NCBI GenBank assembly: GCA_050951325.1
Contig: JBMNIW010000001.1
Coordinates: forward strand, 335,567 to 399,566
Direction: 5' to 3'
DNA length: 64,000 nt
Source of the DNA: Clostridia bacterium
GTDB lineage: Bacteria > Bacillota > Clostridia > UBA1212 > DUPL01
Part shown: positions 48,031 to 59,288 of the stretch, piece after piece
Layout of the letters: every line of letters starts with the position of its first letter
Position numbering within the stretch: the first letter of the stretch is position 1
Position numbers and translations under genes: made by a program
Notes under the pieces: model-generated
Databases searched by the model: none
What the model saw: only the letters and a program-made list of their open reading frames with translations
Told to the model about the DNA's origin: nothing

Positions 48031-49596
48031 TTATACATCTACTTCTACACCAGATTTAAATTCAATAGTTAGTTTATCATCATAGACCGTTATTTTCTCT
48101 ATAAGTCTCCTTACTAGCTGCTCATCATATTCCTCAAGGAGGGTGGATTGTTCATTAAGGAATTTTTCCATATCTTCTAGCCTTTGCTTGGAACCTTTTT
48201 TGCCTGCTTCTTCTGCTAAAGCCTTATGCCTTTCCTCTCTGAGCCTGTAAATCTCATCGGCTATATCGTTATAATCTTCTTTGGAATTGGCCAGTCTCAA
48301 AAGGTCTTTTTGTAATTCCTCTAGCTTTTTATCTATCTCGGAAACAATATTATTGTCCGTTTCACTTATCACTGTTTCTATATTTTCCTTTAAGATAGTT
48401 AAAAAGCCATCCTTTTGCCCTATTAGTTTATTAATTGCCTCCACCGTAGCAATACCTATCATATCCTCCAGCACGGTTCGGGAATGACAAGTTAACCCTG
48501 TATTCTCAAGTCTACTGACGCATCTCCAAACAATCGATTTTTTACCTCGGTTATTCCAATGAACTCTACGGTATATTTCGCCGCACTCTCCACAGAAGAT
48601 AATTTGCGAAAATACATGATTTGAACTAAAGTTTCTTTTCTTTCCACTAGTACTTATATGTCCTCTACTTCTACGAACTAACTCTTCTTGTACCTGCATG
48701 AAAATTTCACGCGGGATAATGGCTTCATGGTTATTCTCTACATAATACTGAGGTACGATTCCGTTATTTACAACCCTCTTTTTTGTAAGAAAATCTACCG
48801 TATAAGTTTTTTGGAGCAGTGCATCACCAATGTATTTTTCATTGCTTAATATTTTCCTTATAGTACTGGTATGCCACCTTTTTTTCCCCGCTCCCGTAAG
48901 TATGCCATCAGCTTCAAGTCCTTTTTTGATTTTATCCATACTTGAGCCTTCAAGATACTCTCGGTAAATCCTTTTGACTATTTCAGCTTCCTCCGGCACA
49001 ATTACTAATCGCTTATTTTCATCTTTGGTATATCCTAAAAACCTAGAACAATTGACCATTACCTCTCCCTGTTGGTATCGGTATTGATAGCCAAGCTTTA
49101 CATTCTGGCTTAATGACTGGCTCTCTTGTTGCGCTAAGGATGCCATAATGGTAAGCATAATTTCACCTTTGGCATCCAGTGTATTGATATTTTCTTTCTC
49201 AAAATATACCGCAACATTTTTATCTTTAAGTTTTCTGATGTATTGTAGACAGTCCAAGGTATTTCTAGCAAATCGGCTTATTGATTTGGTAATAACCATA
49301 TCAATTTTCCCAGCCATACACTCATCAATCATTCGATTAAATTCGTCGCGATTTTTTGTATTTGTGCCGCTGATACCATCATCAGCAAAGATCCCTGCAA
49401 ATTCCCACTCTGAATTCTTCTTGATAAACTCTGTATAGTGTTCAATCTGCACTTCGTAACTACTAGCCTGCTCATCACTATCTGTAGAAACTCGGCAATA
49501 AGCAGCGACCCGAAGTTTTGGTGTTTCATCTTCTTTTCGGCTGTTGCCTACACGTTTAATTGCAGGTATAATCATTACATTTTTATTAACTGCCAT
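48031..49596 (-). CDS. Large serine recombinase (cassette 1, third gene)
   Basis: [25 protein letters not shown], zinc ribbon CGECG...WRC, coiled coil. Confidence 0.95.
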   Translation of the reverse strand: MAVNKNVMIIPAIKRVGNSRKEDETPKLRVAAYCRVSTDSDEQASSYEVQIEHYTEFIKKNSEWEFAGIFADDGISGTNTKNRDEFNRMIDECMAGKIDMVITKSISRFARNTLDCLQYIRKLKDKNVAVYFEKENINTLDAKGEIMLTIMASLAQQESQSLSQNVKLGYQYRYQQGEVMVNCSRFLGYTKDENKRLVIVPEEAEIVKRIYREYLEGSSMDKIKKGLEADGILTGAGKKRWHTSTIRKILSNEKYIGDALLQKTYTVDFLTKKRVVNNGIVPQYYVENNHEAIIPREIFMQVQEELVRRSRGHISTSGKKRNFSSNHVFSQIIFCGECGEIYRRVHWNNRGKKSIVWRCVSRLENTGLTCHSRTVLEDMIGIATVEAINKLIGQKDGFLTILKENIETVISETDNNIVSEIDKKLEELQKDLLRLANSKEDYNDIADEIYRLREERHKALAEEAGKKGSKQRLEDMEKFLNEQSTLLEEYDEQLVRRLIEKITVYDDKLTIEFKSGVEVDV

Positions 49597-50014
49597 CTTG
49601 CTGCACCTCACTTTCTATTAAACTGTATACATATTCCGCTTGTGTAAAAGGATTTGTATACTTCTGAATTATTTGTCCTATGGAAAACTTCTTATAAATA
49701 GTAGGTTTATCTTCTGTCTTGGGTTCAAAGATTCTGCCTAGCTTTTTTGCTCTCTTTACCCTCTCTGCTTCTGCTCTTTCGTAGGTCTCTTTATCAATGA
49801 TGGCAGGGTAATAATCATCACCAAGATAACGTTCATTTCTTAGCATCCTTCCAGCAGTTCCATGATAAGCATCTATTCCAGCAGATTTTGCCGCGACCGA
49901 TAAGGAAAGGCCTGATAAGTAACCCTTATATAAATTCCTAACCTTTTCAGCTTTTTCTTCATCGATAACTGCTATTCCATTCTCTATCCTATAGCCATAA
50001 GGCGTATATGCCAC
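49586..50014 (-). CDS. Small recombinase-domain protein (cassette 1, middle gene)
   Basis: PYGYRI.NG...[17 protein letters not shown]; no catalytic Ser domain. Confidence 0.85.
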   Translation of the reverse strand: MAYTPYGYRIENGIAVIDEEKAEKVRNLYKGYLSGLSLSVAAKSAGIDAYHGTAGRMLRNERYLGDDYYPAIIDKETYERAEAERVKRAKKLGRIFEPKTEDKPTIYKKFSIGQIIQKYTNPFTQAEYVYSLIESEVQQDGS

Positions 50015-50019
50015 TTTTC

Positions 50020-51579
50020 TCACATCCTTTCCCTTAGTGTGATTCCACATTTCAGAACGAAACCTATCTCTACCCTTGAGTAAACGATAATTTTTTCAAC
50101 ATAATCATTGAAAATTTGCTCGCTAAAGGTATTTATCATTTCAGCCTTATTTGTAAACTTTATTAAGTTACTGACTTCCTGCACCTTTGATAATTCTCCA
50201 TTTAAAGCATGAATTAAAGCTTCTTTTTGCCCCATATAATTATCTGCTTCCATTTGCAGTTCATTGTTTTCTCTGTTAAAAAGGGCAGGTTCTAGATACC
50301 CCTTTGCCATAAGCTTTACAAGCAGTTCTCTCTGTTCTGCATTTTTTTCAATTTGCTTCTCTAATTCCTGAATTCTTGAAAGGTTATCTGAGTTGCTCAT
50401 TCCACGCAAAGCATCTAATAATGGTTGTAGAATAAGTTTTCTACCGAAAATCAGCTTGTTAATCATAGTAACAAAGGCCGTCTTTATATCCTCATCTCGA
50501 ATAAACTGCATTGAACATTCTGTTATCTGCTTTAAGTGTTTACTACAACACCAGGCTACATATTTTCTTGTGCCGGATGAATGAATTCGTCTTTTAAAGG
50601 TGCTACCACATTCCGAGCAAATAATTTTTCCGGAGAAAGAATACCGGTTTTGGTACTTATCATTACGCTTTTCTATTCCCTTTTCTTTTGCCCTTTGATT
50701 TAAGGCAGCCTCTACTGCTTCAAACACTTCATGGCTGATAATTGCCTCATGGTGATTTTCTATTAAATATCTGTTTTTCTCACCATAATTGGTGCGCTTA
50801 TTAAAACGGGAATCTGTATAGGTTTTTTGCAGTATAACATCCCCGGTATATTTCTCATTTTTTAGAATTCCTCGAATTGTGGTAGCAGTCCAACGACCGC
50901 CTCTTTTAGAAGGGATACCCTTTTGATTAAGATCATCTGCTATTTTCTGTGTACCCTTGCCTGATAATACTTCTGCAAAAATATACTTCACAATTTCTGC
51001 TTGCTCAGGATTTACCACCATTTGACCGTCAATGTTGTCATAACCATATGGTGGGTATGAAATCTTAAAAGTTCCGTTCTGAAATCTCCTTTGAATTGCC
51101 CACTTGTTATTTTCCGAAATGGAGATTGACTCACTTTCTGCAAGCCCGCTTAATATAGAAAGCATCAGTTCACTTTCCATTGATTGGGTATTGATATTCT
51201 CTTTCTCAAAGTAGATATAAATCCCAAGGTCCAACAGTTTACGAACCATCTCCAAACAATCCGTAGTGTTTCTTGCAAACCTACTAATGGACTTTGTAAT
51301 AATTAAGTCAATCTTCTTGTTTTCACAATCTGACAGCATTCTTAGAAGTTCCGTTCGGTTTTCTTTTTTAGTGCCACTAATTCCCTCATCATAATACAAG
51401 CCAACATACTCCCATTCTGGGTTTGCCTTTATGTAAGCCTCATAATGGGATTTTTGCGCTTGTAGACTTACTAACTGTTCATCACTACCCGTAGAGACAC
51501 GACAGTATGCGGCTACTCGTAGTTTAGGTTTGATAATCGATGCAACCTTATTTCCTTCTATTTTCGTTATCTTTTTCAT
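50020..51579 (-). CDS. Large serine recombinase (cassette 1, first gene)
   Basis: [28 protein letters not shown]...WCC. Confidence 0.95.
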   Translation of the reverse strand: MKKITKIEGNKVASIIKPKLRVAAYCRVSTGSDEQLVSLQAQKSHYEAYIKANPEWEYVGLYYDEGISGTKKENRTELLRMLSDCENKKIDLIITKSISRFARNTTDCLEMVRKLLDLGIYIYFEKENINTQSMESELMLSILSGLAESESISISENNKWAIQRRFQNGTFKISYPPYGYDNIDGQMVVNPEQAEIVKYIFAEVLSGKGTQKIADDLNQKGIPSKRGGRWTATTIRGILKNEKYTGDVILQKTYTDSRFNKRTNYGEKNRYLIENHHEAIISHEVFEAVEAALNQRAKEKGIEKRNDKYQNRYSFSGKIICSECGSTFKRRIHSSGTRKYVAWCCSKHLKQITECSMQFIRDEDIKTAFVTMINKLIFGRKLILQPLLDALRGMSNSDNLSRIQELEKQIEKNAEQRELLVKLMAKGYLEPALFNRENNELQMEADNYMGQKEALIHALNGELSKVQEVSNLIKFTNKAEMINTFSEQIFNDYVEKIIVYSRVEIGFVLKCGITLRERM

Positions 51580-51640
51580 CGCCTCACCTCCTTCTTGGTA
51601 GGTCACATATTACCTCTGAAACCCTTATATATCAACGAAT

Positions 51641-51876
51641 TCAGGGCATTATCTCTGCTAAAAAAGGAGAGAAAGATTAGCGATTAAGTGCCTCTATCTT
51701 GTTGAATTCTGCTTCCGTTATTAAACCTTTTTGGAGCATCTTTCTAAGTAATTTCTCTGCTTGAATATAATCAAACTCACGCTGTAGTTGCTCCTGTGAC
51801 ATTTTTTTAATTCGGTGCTTTTGTCTATAACCCCATCTGAGATCTTCATAACTTTTTTATCCTCATGCTGATTCAT
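51641..51876 (-). pseudogene. SHOCT-like leader gene of the recombinase operon, disrupted
   Basis: MNQHEDKK..., frameshift in A7 tract, then SQEQLQREFDY..AEKLLRKMLQKGLITEAEFNKI, in-frame TAA before SPFLAEIMP. Confidence 0.7.
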
Positions 51877-51955
51877 GTAGAATCACCTCCTACCTAATAG
51901 CCGCGGGAACAGGTCGAAGTTGAGGATTTGTAAAAATTAAATTAAATCAGAGCAT

Positions 51956-51992
51956 AAAAAAAGAGCCTGCAAGGGAATAACCCCCACAGGCT
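51956..51992 (-). terminator. Terminator after endolysin
   Basis: agcctg..ggg...ccc..caggct stem plus U-tract on minus strand. Confidence 0.7.
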
Positions 51993-52072
51993 ATATACAT
52001 CTAATAGTTAATATTTTTTAGGGAAACTCTGTAAAGCTAAAGCATAATTGCCTATTAACTCGCTCCCCTTGA

Positions 52073-52774
52073 TTAATCATACTTAATAAATGCATCCGTA
52101 AATCCTGCCTTTTTAGCTTTTGCAAGCTGTGCCTCAGCATTTGCTTTGACAGTGTATGCACCTATTTGTACACGATAGTATTTCTTTTTCGCTGGTTCTG
52201 CTGATTTTTCTTCTTCGCTTAGAAGTTTCTTAACATCTGCTCTAAAGGTATCCATGGTCTTGCCATGCTTAGGAAACCAGTGCATAACATCCGCATGGTT
52301 ACTGGCTATACCTTGCTTATAGCCTTCACTATGACAGATGATATCCTTCTCACTTAGTCCATAGAGTTTGCAAAGATGTACACAAAGCTCTACTGCTTCC
52401 TTATAAACAGCAGAAAAATACGAGGCATCGGTTAGACCGTCCTCGCAAATCTCAAATCCTATATGCGTGTTATTCGCATCTCCTCCAGCATGCCAACCAC
52501 GATGATTCCAAGGCAATGTTTGGTATGTGGCAATGGAGCCATCTGCTAACTTACCAATAAAAGCATGGACGCAAACTTGACGACCTCCGGGTTTATCCTG
52601 ATTCCAATGATTATTGTATTGGTTCTTTCCGAGCAAACCATCATCTGGACCAACATATCTCTTCAACCATGGGTTGTTAGCCCCTGTTGAATGAACCATT
52701 ATACCCTTCGGTTTTATTGTTTTGCCTGCTTTGTAGCAGGCATTGTTCGTAAGTATTAGTTTGTATAATTTCAT
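52073..52774 (-). CDS. N-acetylmuramoyl-L-alanine amidase with SPOR domain (phage endolysin)
   Basis: IMVHSTG, CVHAFI, GWHAGG, IGFEICE, IICHSE; YRVQIGAY..KANAE. Confidence 0.9.
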   Translation of the reverse strand: MKLYKLILTNNACYKAGKTIKPKGIMVHSTGANNPWLKRYVGPDDGLLGKNQYNNHWNQDKPGGRQVCVHAFIGKLADGSIATYQTLPWNHRGWHAGGDANNTHIGFEICEDGLTDASYFSAVYKEAVELCVHLCKLYGLSEKDIICHSEGYKQGIASNHADVMHWFPKHGKTMDTFRADVKKLLSEEEKSAEPAKKKYYRVQIGAYTVKANAEAQLAKAKKAGFTDAFIKYD

Positions 52775-52791
52775 TATAATCACCTCAACAT

Positions 52792-53122
52792 TTAATCATT
52801 TGGCTCAGGCGTAAGATGGACAGGGTACAGGTGATAGGTAAACTTTAAATCACAATAAGCATTTGATGATGTTCCATCACTTCCCATACAGATATACAGT
52901 CCATAACCTGCTGGAACTCTGGCCTGCCGCATTTGAATATGAATGTGCAAGGATTCTGCTGAAGTATTCGATCCGACAGGTGTACTCCGTTGAATTCTAG
53001 TGAATGTCTCCTCATCATTGGAAATATACAAGTCCAGTTCCTTTTCACTAGTATCCGATTGACGACAAAGAGTTATCAAATGGCAATCATAAGCCGTCGT
53101 ATACAATTCTCCACCCTGATTT
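52792..53122 (-). pseudogene. 3' fragment of a probable phage late gene
   Basis: No RBS or start; abuts an oppositely oriented recombinase fragment; lies directly upstream of the endolysin. Confidence 0.5.
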
Positions 53123-53467
53123 CAATCTTACCTGAGCGGCGATTCCTTGGCTACGGCCGCAAAGAAAGCAGGCATAAACACTTACCATTCCGGTATCGGC
53201 AGAATGCTACGAAACACTCGATACCTCGGTGATGAGTTTTATCCGCCGATTATTGATCAGGACACTTTCAACACTGCCGAGACGGAACGTATTATGCGGG
53301 CGGAAAGACTCGGTCGTACCAAAAAGTTTAAACAAGAAAAAGAGGTCGTCTATCCTACCACCTTTCGCAGGAAAGAGGGAACAGAAGAATTCGACGACCC
53401 ATTCGGGCAAGCGGAATACACCTACAGTTTAATTGAAACGGAGGTGAAAAAGAATGGCAGTCAGTAA
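53120..53467 (+). pseudogene. 5'-truncated small recombinase-domain gene (cassette 2)
   Basis: FQSYLSGDSLATAAKKAGI..YH..IGRMLRNTRYLGD aligns with 49586-50014 and 62882-63340. Confidence 0.85.
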
Positions 53468-55022
53468 AAATGTCACCGTGATTCCGGCAAGGAAGCATGC
53501 TCGCAAGAGCAAGGATGAAGAAAAACCGAAGCTGCGCGTTGCTGCTTACTGCCGTGTTTCCACAGACAGCGAGGAGCAGGCTACCAGCTATGACACACAG
53601 ATTGAGCATTACACCGCCTACATACAAGGGCATCCCGACTGGATGCTGGCGGGAATATTTGCTGATGACGGTATTTCCGGTACCAACACCAAGAAACGCG
53701 AAGAATTCAACCGCATGATTGACGAGTGTATGGCCGGAAATATCGATATGATCATTACAAAGTCCATCAGCCGCTTTGCTCGAAACACACTGGATTGTTT
53801 GAAATATATCCGACAACTTAAGGATAAGAACATCGCGGTCTATTTCGAGAAGGAAAATATAAACACAATGGATTCCAAAGGTGAGGTAATGATTACGATC
53901 ATGGCCTCTCTCGCCCAACAGGAAAGTCAGTCCTTAAGCCAGAATGTTAAGCTAGGCTTGCAATACCGATATCAACAAGGTGAAATCCAAATCAACTGCG
54001 CCCGGTTTCTCGGTTATACCAAGGATGAAAACAAACACCTAGTGATTGTTCCCGAGGAAGCTGAAATTGTAAAACGCATCTACCGAGAATACCTTGAAGG
54101 CGCTAGTATGCTAAAGATAGCCCGTGGATTAGAAGCTGATGGAATTTTAAACGGAGCAGGCAATGAAAGATGGCATACCAGCAATATAAACCACATCCTG
54201 CGGAACGAAAAATATATTGGGGATGCCCTTTTGCAGAAAACTTATACCGTTGACTTTCTAACAAAGAAACGCGTTAAGAACAACGGTATTGTTCCGCAGT
54301 ATTATGTAGAAGGGTCGCATGAAGCCATTATCCCGCATGAAATTTTCATGCAGGTGCAGGAAGAGCTTATCCGCCGCCGAATTGTCCATACCAGTCCAAA
54401 CGGAAAGACCAGAACCTTTAGCAGCAACCACGTCTTTGCTCAGATAATCACCTGCGGTAAATGCGGTGAGGTTTTTCGCAGGGTGCATTGGAACAACAGA
54501 GGTAAGAAGTCCATCGTCTGGCGCTGTGTCAGCCGCTTAGAGAACACCGGCCTATTCTGCGACGCACGCACGGTACTGGAAAGTACCATCGAGCAAGTGC
54601 TGGTCACCGCTATTAATCAGACGCTCTGTGACAAGGACTCTTTCCTCACCACGCTACGGGACAACATCGCCACCGTCATAAATCGTGAAAACAACAGAGC
54701 CTTGGCGGATATCGATAAGCGCTTGGAGGAGCTGCAAACGGAGCTTTTGAAACTGGCTACTTCCAACGCGGATTATGATAATGTTGGCGATGAGATTCAC
54801 CGCCTTCGTGACCAAAAGCAGAAGCTGCAGCTTGAAAACGTAAACCATGAGGAACTGAAAAAACGGATTGCAGACATGAGCACATTTCTAAAAGAACAGC
54901 CCCCCGACATTACCGAATATGACGAGCAGCTTATCCGACGGCTGATTGAAAAGGTCACCATCAACGAGGATAAATTCACCGTGGAATTCAAATCTGGATT
55001 GACGGTGGATGTGGAGGAATAA
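53454..55022 (+). CDS. Large serine recombinase (cassette 2, third gene; inverted orientation)
   Basis: Close paralogue of 48031-49596 and 61351-62919. Confidence 0.95.
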   Translation: MAVSKNVTVIPARKHARKSKDEEKPKLRVAAYCRVSTDSEEQATSYDTQIEHYTAYIQGHPDWMLAGIFADDGISGTNTKKREEFNRMIDECMAGNIDMIITKSISRFARNTLDCLKYIRQLKDKNIAVYFEKENINTMDSKGEVMITIMASLAQQESQSLSQNVKLGLQYRYQQGEIQINCARFLGYTKDENKHLVIVPEEAEIVKRIYREYLEGASMLKIARGLEADGILNGAGNERWHTSNINHILRNEKYIGDALLQKTYTVDFLTKKRVKNNGIVPQYYVEGSHEAIIPHEIFMQVQEELIRRRIVHTSPNGKTRTFSSNHVFAQIITCGKCGEVFRRVHWNNRGKKSIVWRCVSRLENTGLFCDARTVLESTIEQVLVTAINQTLCDKDSFLTTLRDNIATVINRENNRALADIDKRLEELQTELLKLATSNADYDNVGDEIHRLRDQKQKLQLENVNHEELKKRIADMSTFLKEQPPDITEYDEQLIRRLIEKVTINEDKFTVEFKSGLTVDVEE

Positions 55023-55050
55023 GTTAAGAAGAACGAGGCACTCTACGGAT

Positions 55051-55230
55051 TGAACTGCGCCCTGTCAAGTAGACAAACAAAATAATAAAATTTACAGACT
55101 GGATTCCGCCTAATACTGGATCCAGTTTTCTTATGTAGCGTTTTCAAGCAACTGGTGATATGACATGGGGGACAGGCATTTTAGTTTCTTCTGGCGGCGG
55201 CAATAGTTATAAAAGTGAATATATTTGTCT
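55051..55230 (-). mobile_element. IS3-family right-end remnant
   Basis: TGAACTGCGCCCTGTCAAGTAGACA end; minus strand DKYIHFYNYCRRQKKLKCLSPMSY. Confidence 0.75.
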
Positions 55231-55397
55231 GTGATTTGCATAATCTTAAAATTTTGTTTATACTTCATATTGAAGACCTCCAGTAGATATTATTCGTGGC
55301 GTTTGTTGTTGATGACCACCTACGTTAATTCTACTGGACTGGTCTTCTTTTTTCAAAGTTCGTTATTCCTTATTACAGAAATGCTCCTACATTTATT

Positions 55398-56726
55398 TTA
55401 ATTCTTGTGAATCAGCCGCAATGTTTCCTCCATAGCGTCATGAGCGGGAACCTGTATATCAGGAAGAAGTGGCAAATTGGACTTAGATGCATCTGGTCGT
55501 ATAAAATACTTATAGGACACAGTGAAGGCAAGCAGTGCATTCGGCGTCTGAAAATACAGGATATCTCCGTAGGAAGAGGGCATATTTCCAGGACTCTCTC
55601 CAACCACCATACAGAGCCCGTTATCTGAAAGCAGTGTCGCAAAGTCCACAGCTGAGCTAAAGCTGTCCTCGCCGGTCAACACATATACATCTCCCGAAAA
55701 CACATACTCCGCTTGCTGATTTTTCTGTCGCCCAGGCTGTTTTTTCCATATAACCGGACCAAAACGCACTGTGGAGCTTCCAACCTCATAGTTCTCCACT
55801 GGAAGGTAACGAAGAAACTCGTTAGCGACCAGTGAATTTCCGCCGGGATTGCCTCGCAAGTCCACGATAACACTGTGGACGCCCTCATCACGCACAGATG
55901 TAAAGAAATCTTTCAGTGCAGTCTTGTATGTCTTGTCATAGATACATTGACGAAGTATGAAAATCCCTACACCGGACGCTCTATCTACCGAATAGTCGTA
56001 GAAGGGCTCCGTTCCTATCGGCATAGCTATCGCATTCTCCTGCAGCGCAAAGGCTTTATTGATGGAGCTTCCGTCATTTTGCCGCTCCAGCGAAATTTCA
56101 ATCTCCCGCCCAGTATTTATGCCTACAAAAGCCAGATAATCGCTGCGATTGATGCGTGAGGCAAAGACATAACGGCTCCAGATGTCAAGCTCATAGGAAA
56201 ATTGTTCCTGAAATCGTTCGTAAAGCTGAGCAGCCGAAACACCACCTATCTTATTAACAGTATATCCGTCATATCCGCCGCCTGAACAAACCAAGCGTTG
56301 CCCTTCCCATGAAAATAATAACGGTAGAAACTTTGTATCCTCATAGTACGCCCGTACCATGGTATGGGAATCTTCAAGGCATGCAAGAACCCGAGATGCA
56401 CTTTGCCACAGTGACAGGACCGTAACCTCTGTCGATTCGGAAAGCTTTGCATACTCCCGCTCATATGCCTTCTGAACTGCCGCAGGCAGGTCGGATATAC
56501 AAGCCGGATGACGCTCCCGCAGACGATTGACAATAAACTTTAAATCCTCCGCAGCTTGCATCCCGGTAAGGACGGTATCAAGCTCTTCGGATTTCTCAAA
56601 GGTGCTTACCGTCCCCCGGTAAGGATCAAGCCATATCCGCCACACTCCATATAATGCAATAGCACATATAGCAAAAACGAAAAGAAAAATCCCTATATGC
56701 TTGGTCCATTTCTTTTTCATACTCAT
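55398..56726 (-). CDS. S41-family peptidase, membrane-anchored
   Basis: DSHT, IVDLRGNPGGNS, SFSSA, VVGE. Confidence 0.88.
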   Translation of the reverse strand: MSMKKKWTKHIGIFLFVFAICAIALYGVWRIWLDPYRGTVSTFEKSEELDTVLTGMQAAEDLKFIVNRLRERHPACISDLPAAVQKAYEREYAKLSESTEVTVLSLWQSASRVLACLEDSHTMVRAYYEDTKFLPLLFSWEGQRLVCSGGGYDGYTVNKIGGVSAAQLYERFQEQFSYELDIWSRYVFASRINRSDYLAFVGINTGREIEISLERQNDGSSINKAFALQENAIAMPIGTEPFYDYSVDRASGVGIFILRQCIYDKTYKTALKDFFTSVRDEGVHSVIVDLRGNPGGNSLVANEFLRYLPVENYEVGSSTVRFGPVIWKKQPGRQKNQQAEYVFSGDVYVLTGEDSFSSAVDFATLLSDNGLCMVVGESPGNMPSSYGDILYFQTPNALLAFTVSYKYFIRPDASKSNLPLLPDIQVPAHDAMEETLRLIHKN

Positions 56727-56926
56727 TCTCCGCCCTTTGAGCCGCTTCCCTTACCGAACAGCATTGACGCAATAAGGCCGATCAGCAAACCCGCAACCGC
56801 TCCCCCGATCATACCGGCCGCGATATGGAAGCTGTACAATATCGAAGCCAGCGCTCCAACTCCGGAACCGAATACAATGCCTAGCGCGGGTAATAGTTTT
56901 ATTACGGAATTCTTATTTTTAGACAT
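56723..56926 (-). CDS. Small glycine-zipper membrane protein
   Basis: GxxxG-rich two-helix protein; stop overlaps S41 start; GGAGGTG RBS. Confidence 0.75.
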   Translation of the reverse strand: MSKNKNSVIKLLPALGIVFGSGVGALASILYSFHIAAGMIGGAVAGLLIGLIASMLFGKGSGSKGGE

Positions 56927-57178
56927 ATTCTCACCTCCAACCTATTTCATTTTTTCGATTTTCACAATGACATTCTGCTCACGTTCATTGTTAAAGTACT
57001 GGATCTTAATAACCTCGCCGATACCAAGTTCCATACCGTCGAATTCTTTCTTGGTATCATCTAAATCGCTCTGGCATGATCTAAATCACGCCTTCGCACT
57101 TGTTCCCATGTAGCAATGTTTGTTCGATTTTAGTAGATGGCCTCGTTTGCTATAATTAGTACACAGACAAACTGGAAT

Positions 57179-57676
57179 TTAACAGTTCCGAATAATTAAA
57201 TCAGCAACTTGCACTGGAGTGATTTTCGATACATCTACTTTATATGTATTCAATTTTTTGTAAAAAGGTATGCGCTCTATGCTTCTACGAATCACATCTT
57301 CTGTACGAATACCAGCATCGACATCCTTTCTCAAACGCGCTTGCAATGCTTGTTCGCTGCACACCAAAGATATAGAATGAACCTTACAGTCCGATGTGTC
57401 AAGTCGTGAAACAATATAGTCAATAATAGTCTGTTCATGCATAACCCAGCAAAACACGATGTTTTCATAAGCAGAGCACTTAATAAAGCTATTCAAAAGG
57501 AAGCAGATATTCTCTAATACCATTTGCTTTGTTTCCTCTGTCACTTGAAAAGGGTGCATATCCCAACACCAATCCCCGTCGAGGAAAACGCAGTTATTTA
57601 ATTTGTTTTTTATAATCTGGCAAGTAGTTGTTTTTCCTACTCCCATTGTTCCGCCAATCAAATAAATGTTTTTCAT
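57179..57676 (-). CDS. P-loop kinase/AAA_33-like protein
   Basis: GGTMGVGKTT, LDGDWCW. Confidence 0.85.
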   Translation of the reverse strand: MKNIYLIGGTMGVGKTTTCQIIKNKLNNCVFLDGDWCWDMHPFQVTEETKQMVLENICFLLNSFIKCSAYENIVFCWVMHEQTIIDYIVSRLDTSDCKVHSISLVCSEQALQARLRKDVDAGIRTEDVIRRSIERIPFYKKLNTYKVDVSKITPVQVADLIIRNC

Positions 57677-57734
57677 GCTCAAACTCCTGTAAATTCCGAC
57701 TTATCGCTTTAATCGCGACACATAGTTATACCAA

Positions 57735-57906
57735 CATCCAACCTGACCACACAACCTCAAAATAATCCGAAAAAACATCTAAATCGACCACTTAACTATC
57801 AAAAATAGCCTTTATGGACTTATTCCCGCGAAGCGATATTTTCATGTTTTTCGCCTGGTGGGTTTCATACCCATATCTGCTAAAACCCTTGATATATAAG
57901 GGTTTT
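57735..57906. repeat. Element end homologous to 41040-41270
   Basis: catccaacctgaccac repeats (57735, 57776); plus-strand gacttattcccgcga (57817); palindrome aaaacccttgatatataagggtttt (57882-57906). Confidence 0.85.
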
Positions 57907-57914
57907 CAGCTCTC

Positions 57915-58075
57915 TCAATCTTTTACTCTTGTTATCAATACTACGCACTCCACGTGGCCTGAGCCGCTTGGATTGATGTCTTGGGCTGATTTTTTGAACC
58001 TTACGTTTACGTGAACATGTCAATGGAATTTTCGATGTTTTTTCGTAAAGTGTCTGTTCGCGGGAACATGTCAAT
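57915..58075 (-). other. att-like cluster C
   Basis: IDMFPRT (58075-58055), IDMFT (58024-58010), gacatcaatcc arm (57980-57957), HVECVVLITRVKD* (57956-57915). Confidence 0.8.
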
Positions 58076-58109
58076 ATCGTATGAAAGTGGAGTGGCTGAT
58101 TGTAAACGA

Positions 58110-58148
58110 ACAAGGCACTCTACGAAACAACAACATAGAGTGCCTTGT
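58110..58148. terminator. Hairpin after AraC gene
   Basis: acaaggcactcta...tagagtgccttgt. Confidence 0.65.
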
Positions 58149-58207
58149 TGCTGAAACACAAATATTAAGCCATAATTTAGACACAAAAAGTACAAATACG
58201 TTTTAAC

Positions 58208-59110
58208 TTATTTTATCAACTTTTTCACCGGAACAGCTGCCCGTGCTCCTGTTTCAGGTTCGGCGCCCATCCCCAGATATGGCGCATCATCAGATTTTTC
58301 CCACCCGAAACGTTCAAATGGATAATTTGCGATAGCCTCATTCACAATCCCGATCGCTATAGGAAAATTGTTTGGATCTTCAAACGGCATACCGTTAAAG
58401 TACAGATAAGTGCAGGGTGGCAATTCTGCTATTTCATATCCATCAGGGATAGGCTTACAGTAATCCAATGGAACCTCAACGAAAAATGCGTGACCATTTG
58501 TATTCGGTCGGATTAAGAATTTTGGCAAGCGACCTCCAGCAGCGGTGTCAAACTTCTCGGGAATGCTGTTGAAAAATCCCTCCCATTCACAACCGACTTC
58601 TTCGCATGCGGAGAAATAGTCAGTTGCATTGTGACGCAGAAAAATCAGCTTCCTTGCTGGTCTTTCCACCACAGTAACCGTAACAGTTCGTGATACTTTT
58701 TCATTCAACACAGGCTTTATGCCTCCTTTAAGGATGTAGTAGGCTTCAATGGGATAATGGACAAACCATTTTATCGGTGGGGTTTCCATGTGATATTTTT
58801 GTGGGGTAAGCCCAAATTGCTGAAAAAACGCCCTGGTAAATCCGTCATGTGAATCAAAGCCGCTGCTTATTGCCACATCCACAACTTTTTCATTAAAAGA
58901 CTGCAAGGTCTGTGCCGCTTTAGTAAGCCGAAGAGCGCGGATGGTTTCAAAAAGTGTCCTGCCCGTTAATTCTTTAAAAATTCGTGCGGCATGGTATTTA
59001 CTGTAACCGGCAACTTTTGCAATGTCATCCAGCGTGATGCTTTCGTCCAAATGCGCGATGATATAATACTGCATTCTGCTAACAGCTTTGATTTTGTCCG
59101 ATAATCCCAT
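58208..59110 (-). CDS. AraC-family regulator with GyrI-like effector domain
   Basis: GYSKYHAARIFK; VAISSGFDSHDGFTRAF...FG.TP. Confidence 0.92.
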   Translation of the reverse strand: MGLSDKIKAVSRMQYYIIAHLDESITLDDIAKVAGYSKYHAARIFKELTGRTLFETIRALRLTKAAQTLQSFNEKVVDVAISSGFDSHDGFTRAFFQQFGLTPQKYHMETPPIKWFVHYPIEAYYILKGGIKPVLNEKVSRTVTVTVVERPARKLIFLRHNATDYFSACEEVGCEWEGFFNSIPEKFDTAAGGRLPKFLIRPNTNGHAFFVEVPLDYCKPIPDGYEIAELPPCTYLYFNGMPFEDPNNFPIAIGIVNEAIANYPFERFGWEKSDDAPYLGMGAEPETGARAAVPVKKLIK

Positions 59111-59288
59111 TTTCCACCTCCGGCATCCAGTATAGCAAAAGCGACGGTAAGCTACTCGACCAAAATTGCTAAGTTATTGTTCAGTAATTCTGCTTCGGGT
59201 TTATTTATAAATTGATATTCTTCTTTGTACCATTTTTTCATTTATCATCTCTCCTCGTACAGCATAGCTGTTCTACTTTAATTATAAA

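Noticed and set aside
52073-53122. Intact prophage
   Set aside because: Only an endolysin and one gene fragment; no capsid, terminase, tail or holin in the window
55272-55352. Long hairpin (gaagacc.ccagtaga...tctactgg..ggtcttc) as riboswitch or ncRNA
   Set aside because: No recognisable riboswitch consensus; next to IS debris and more simply a terminator or IS leader
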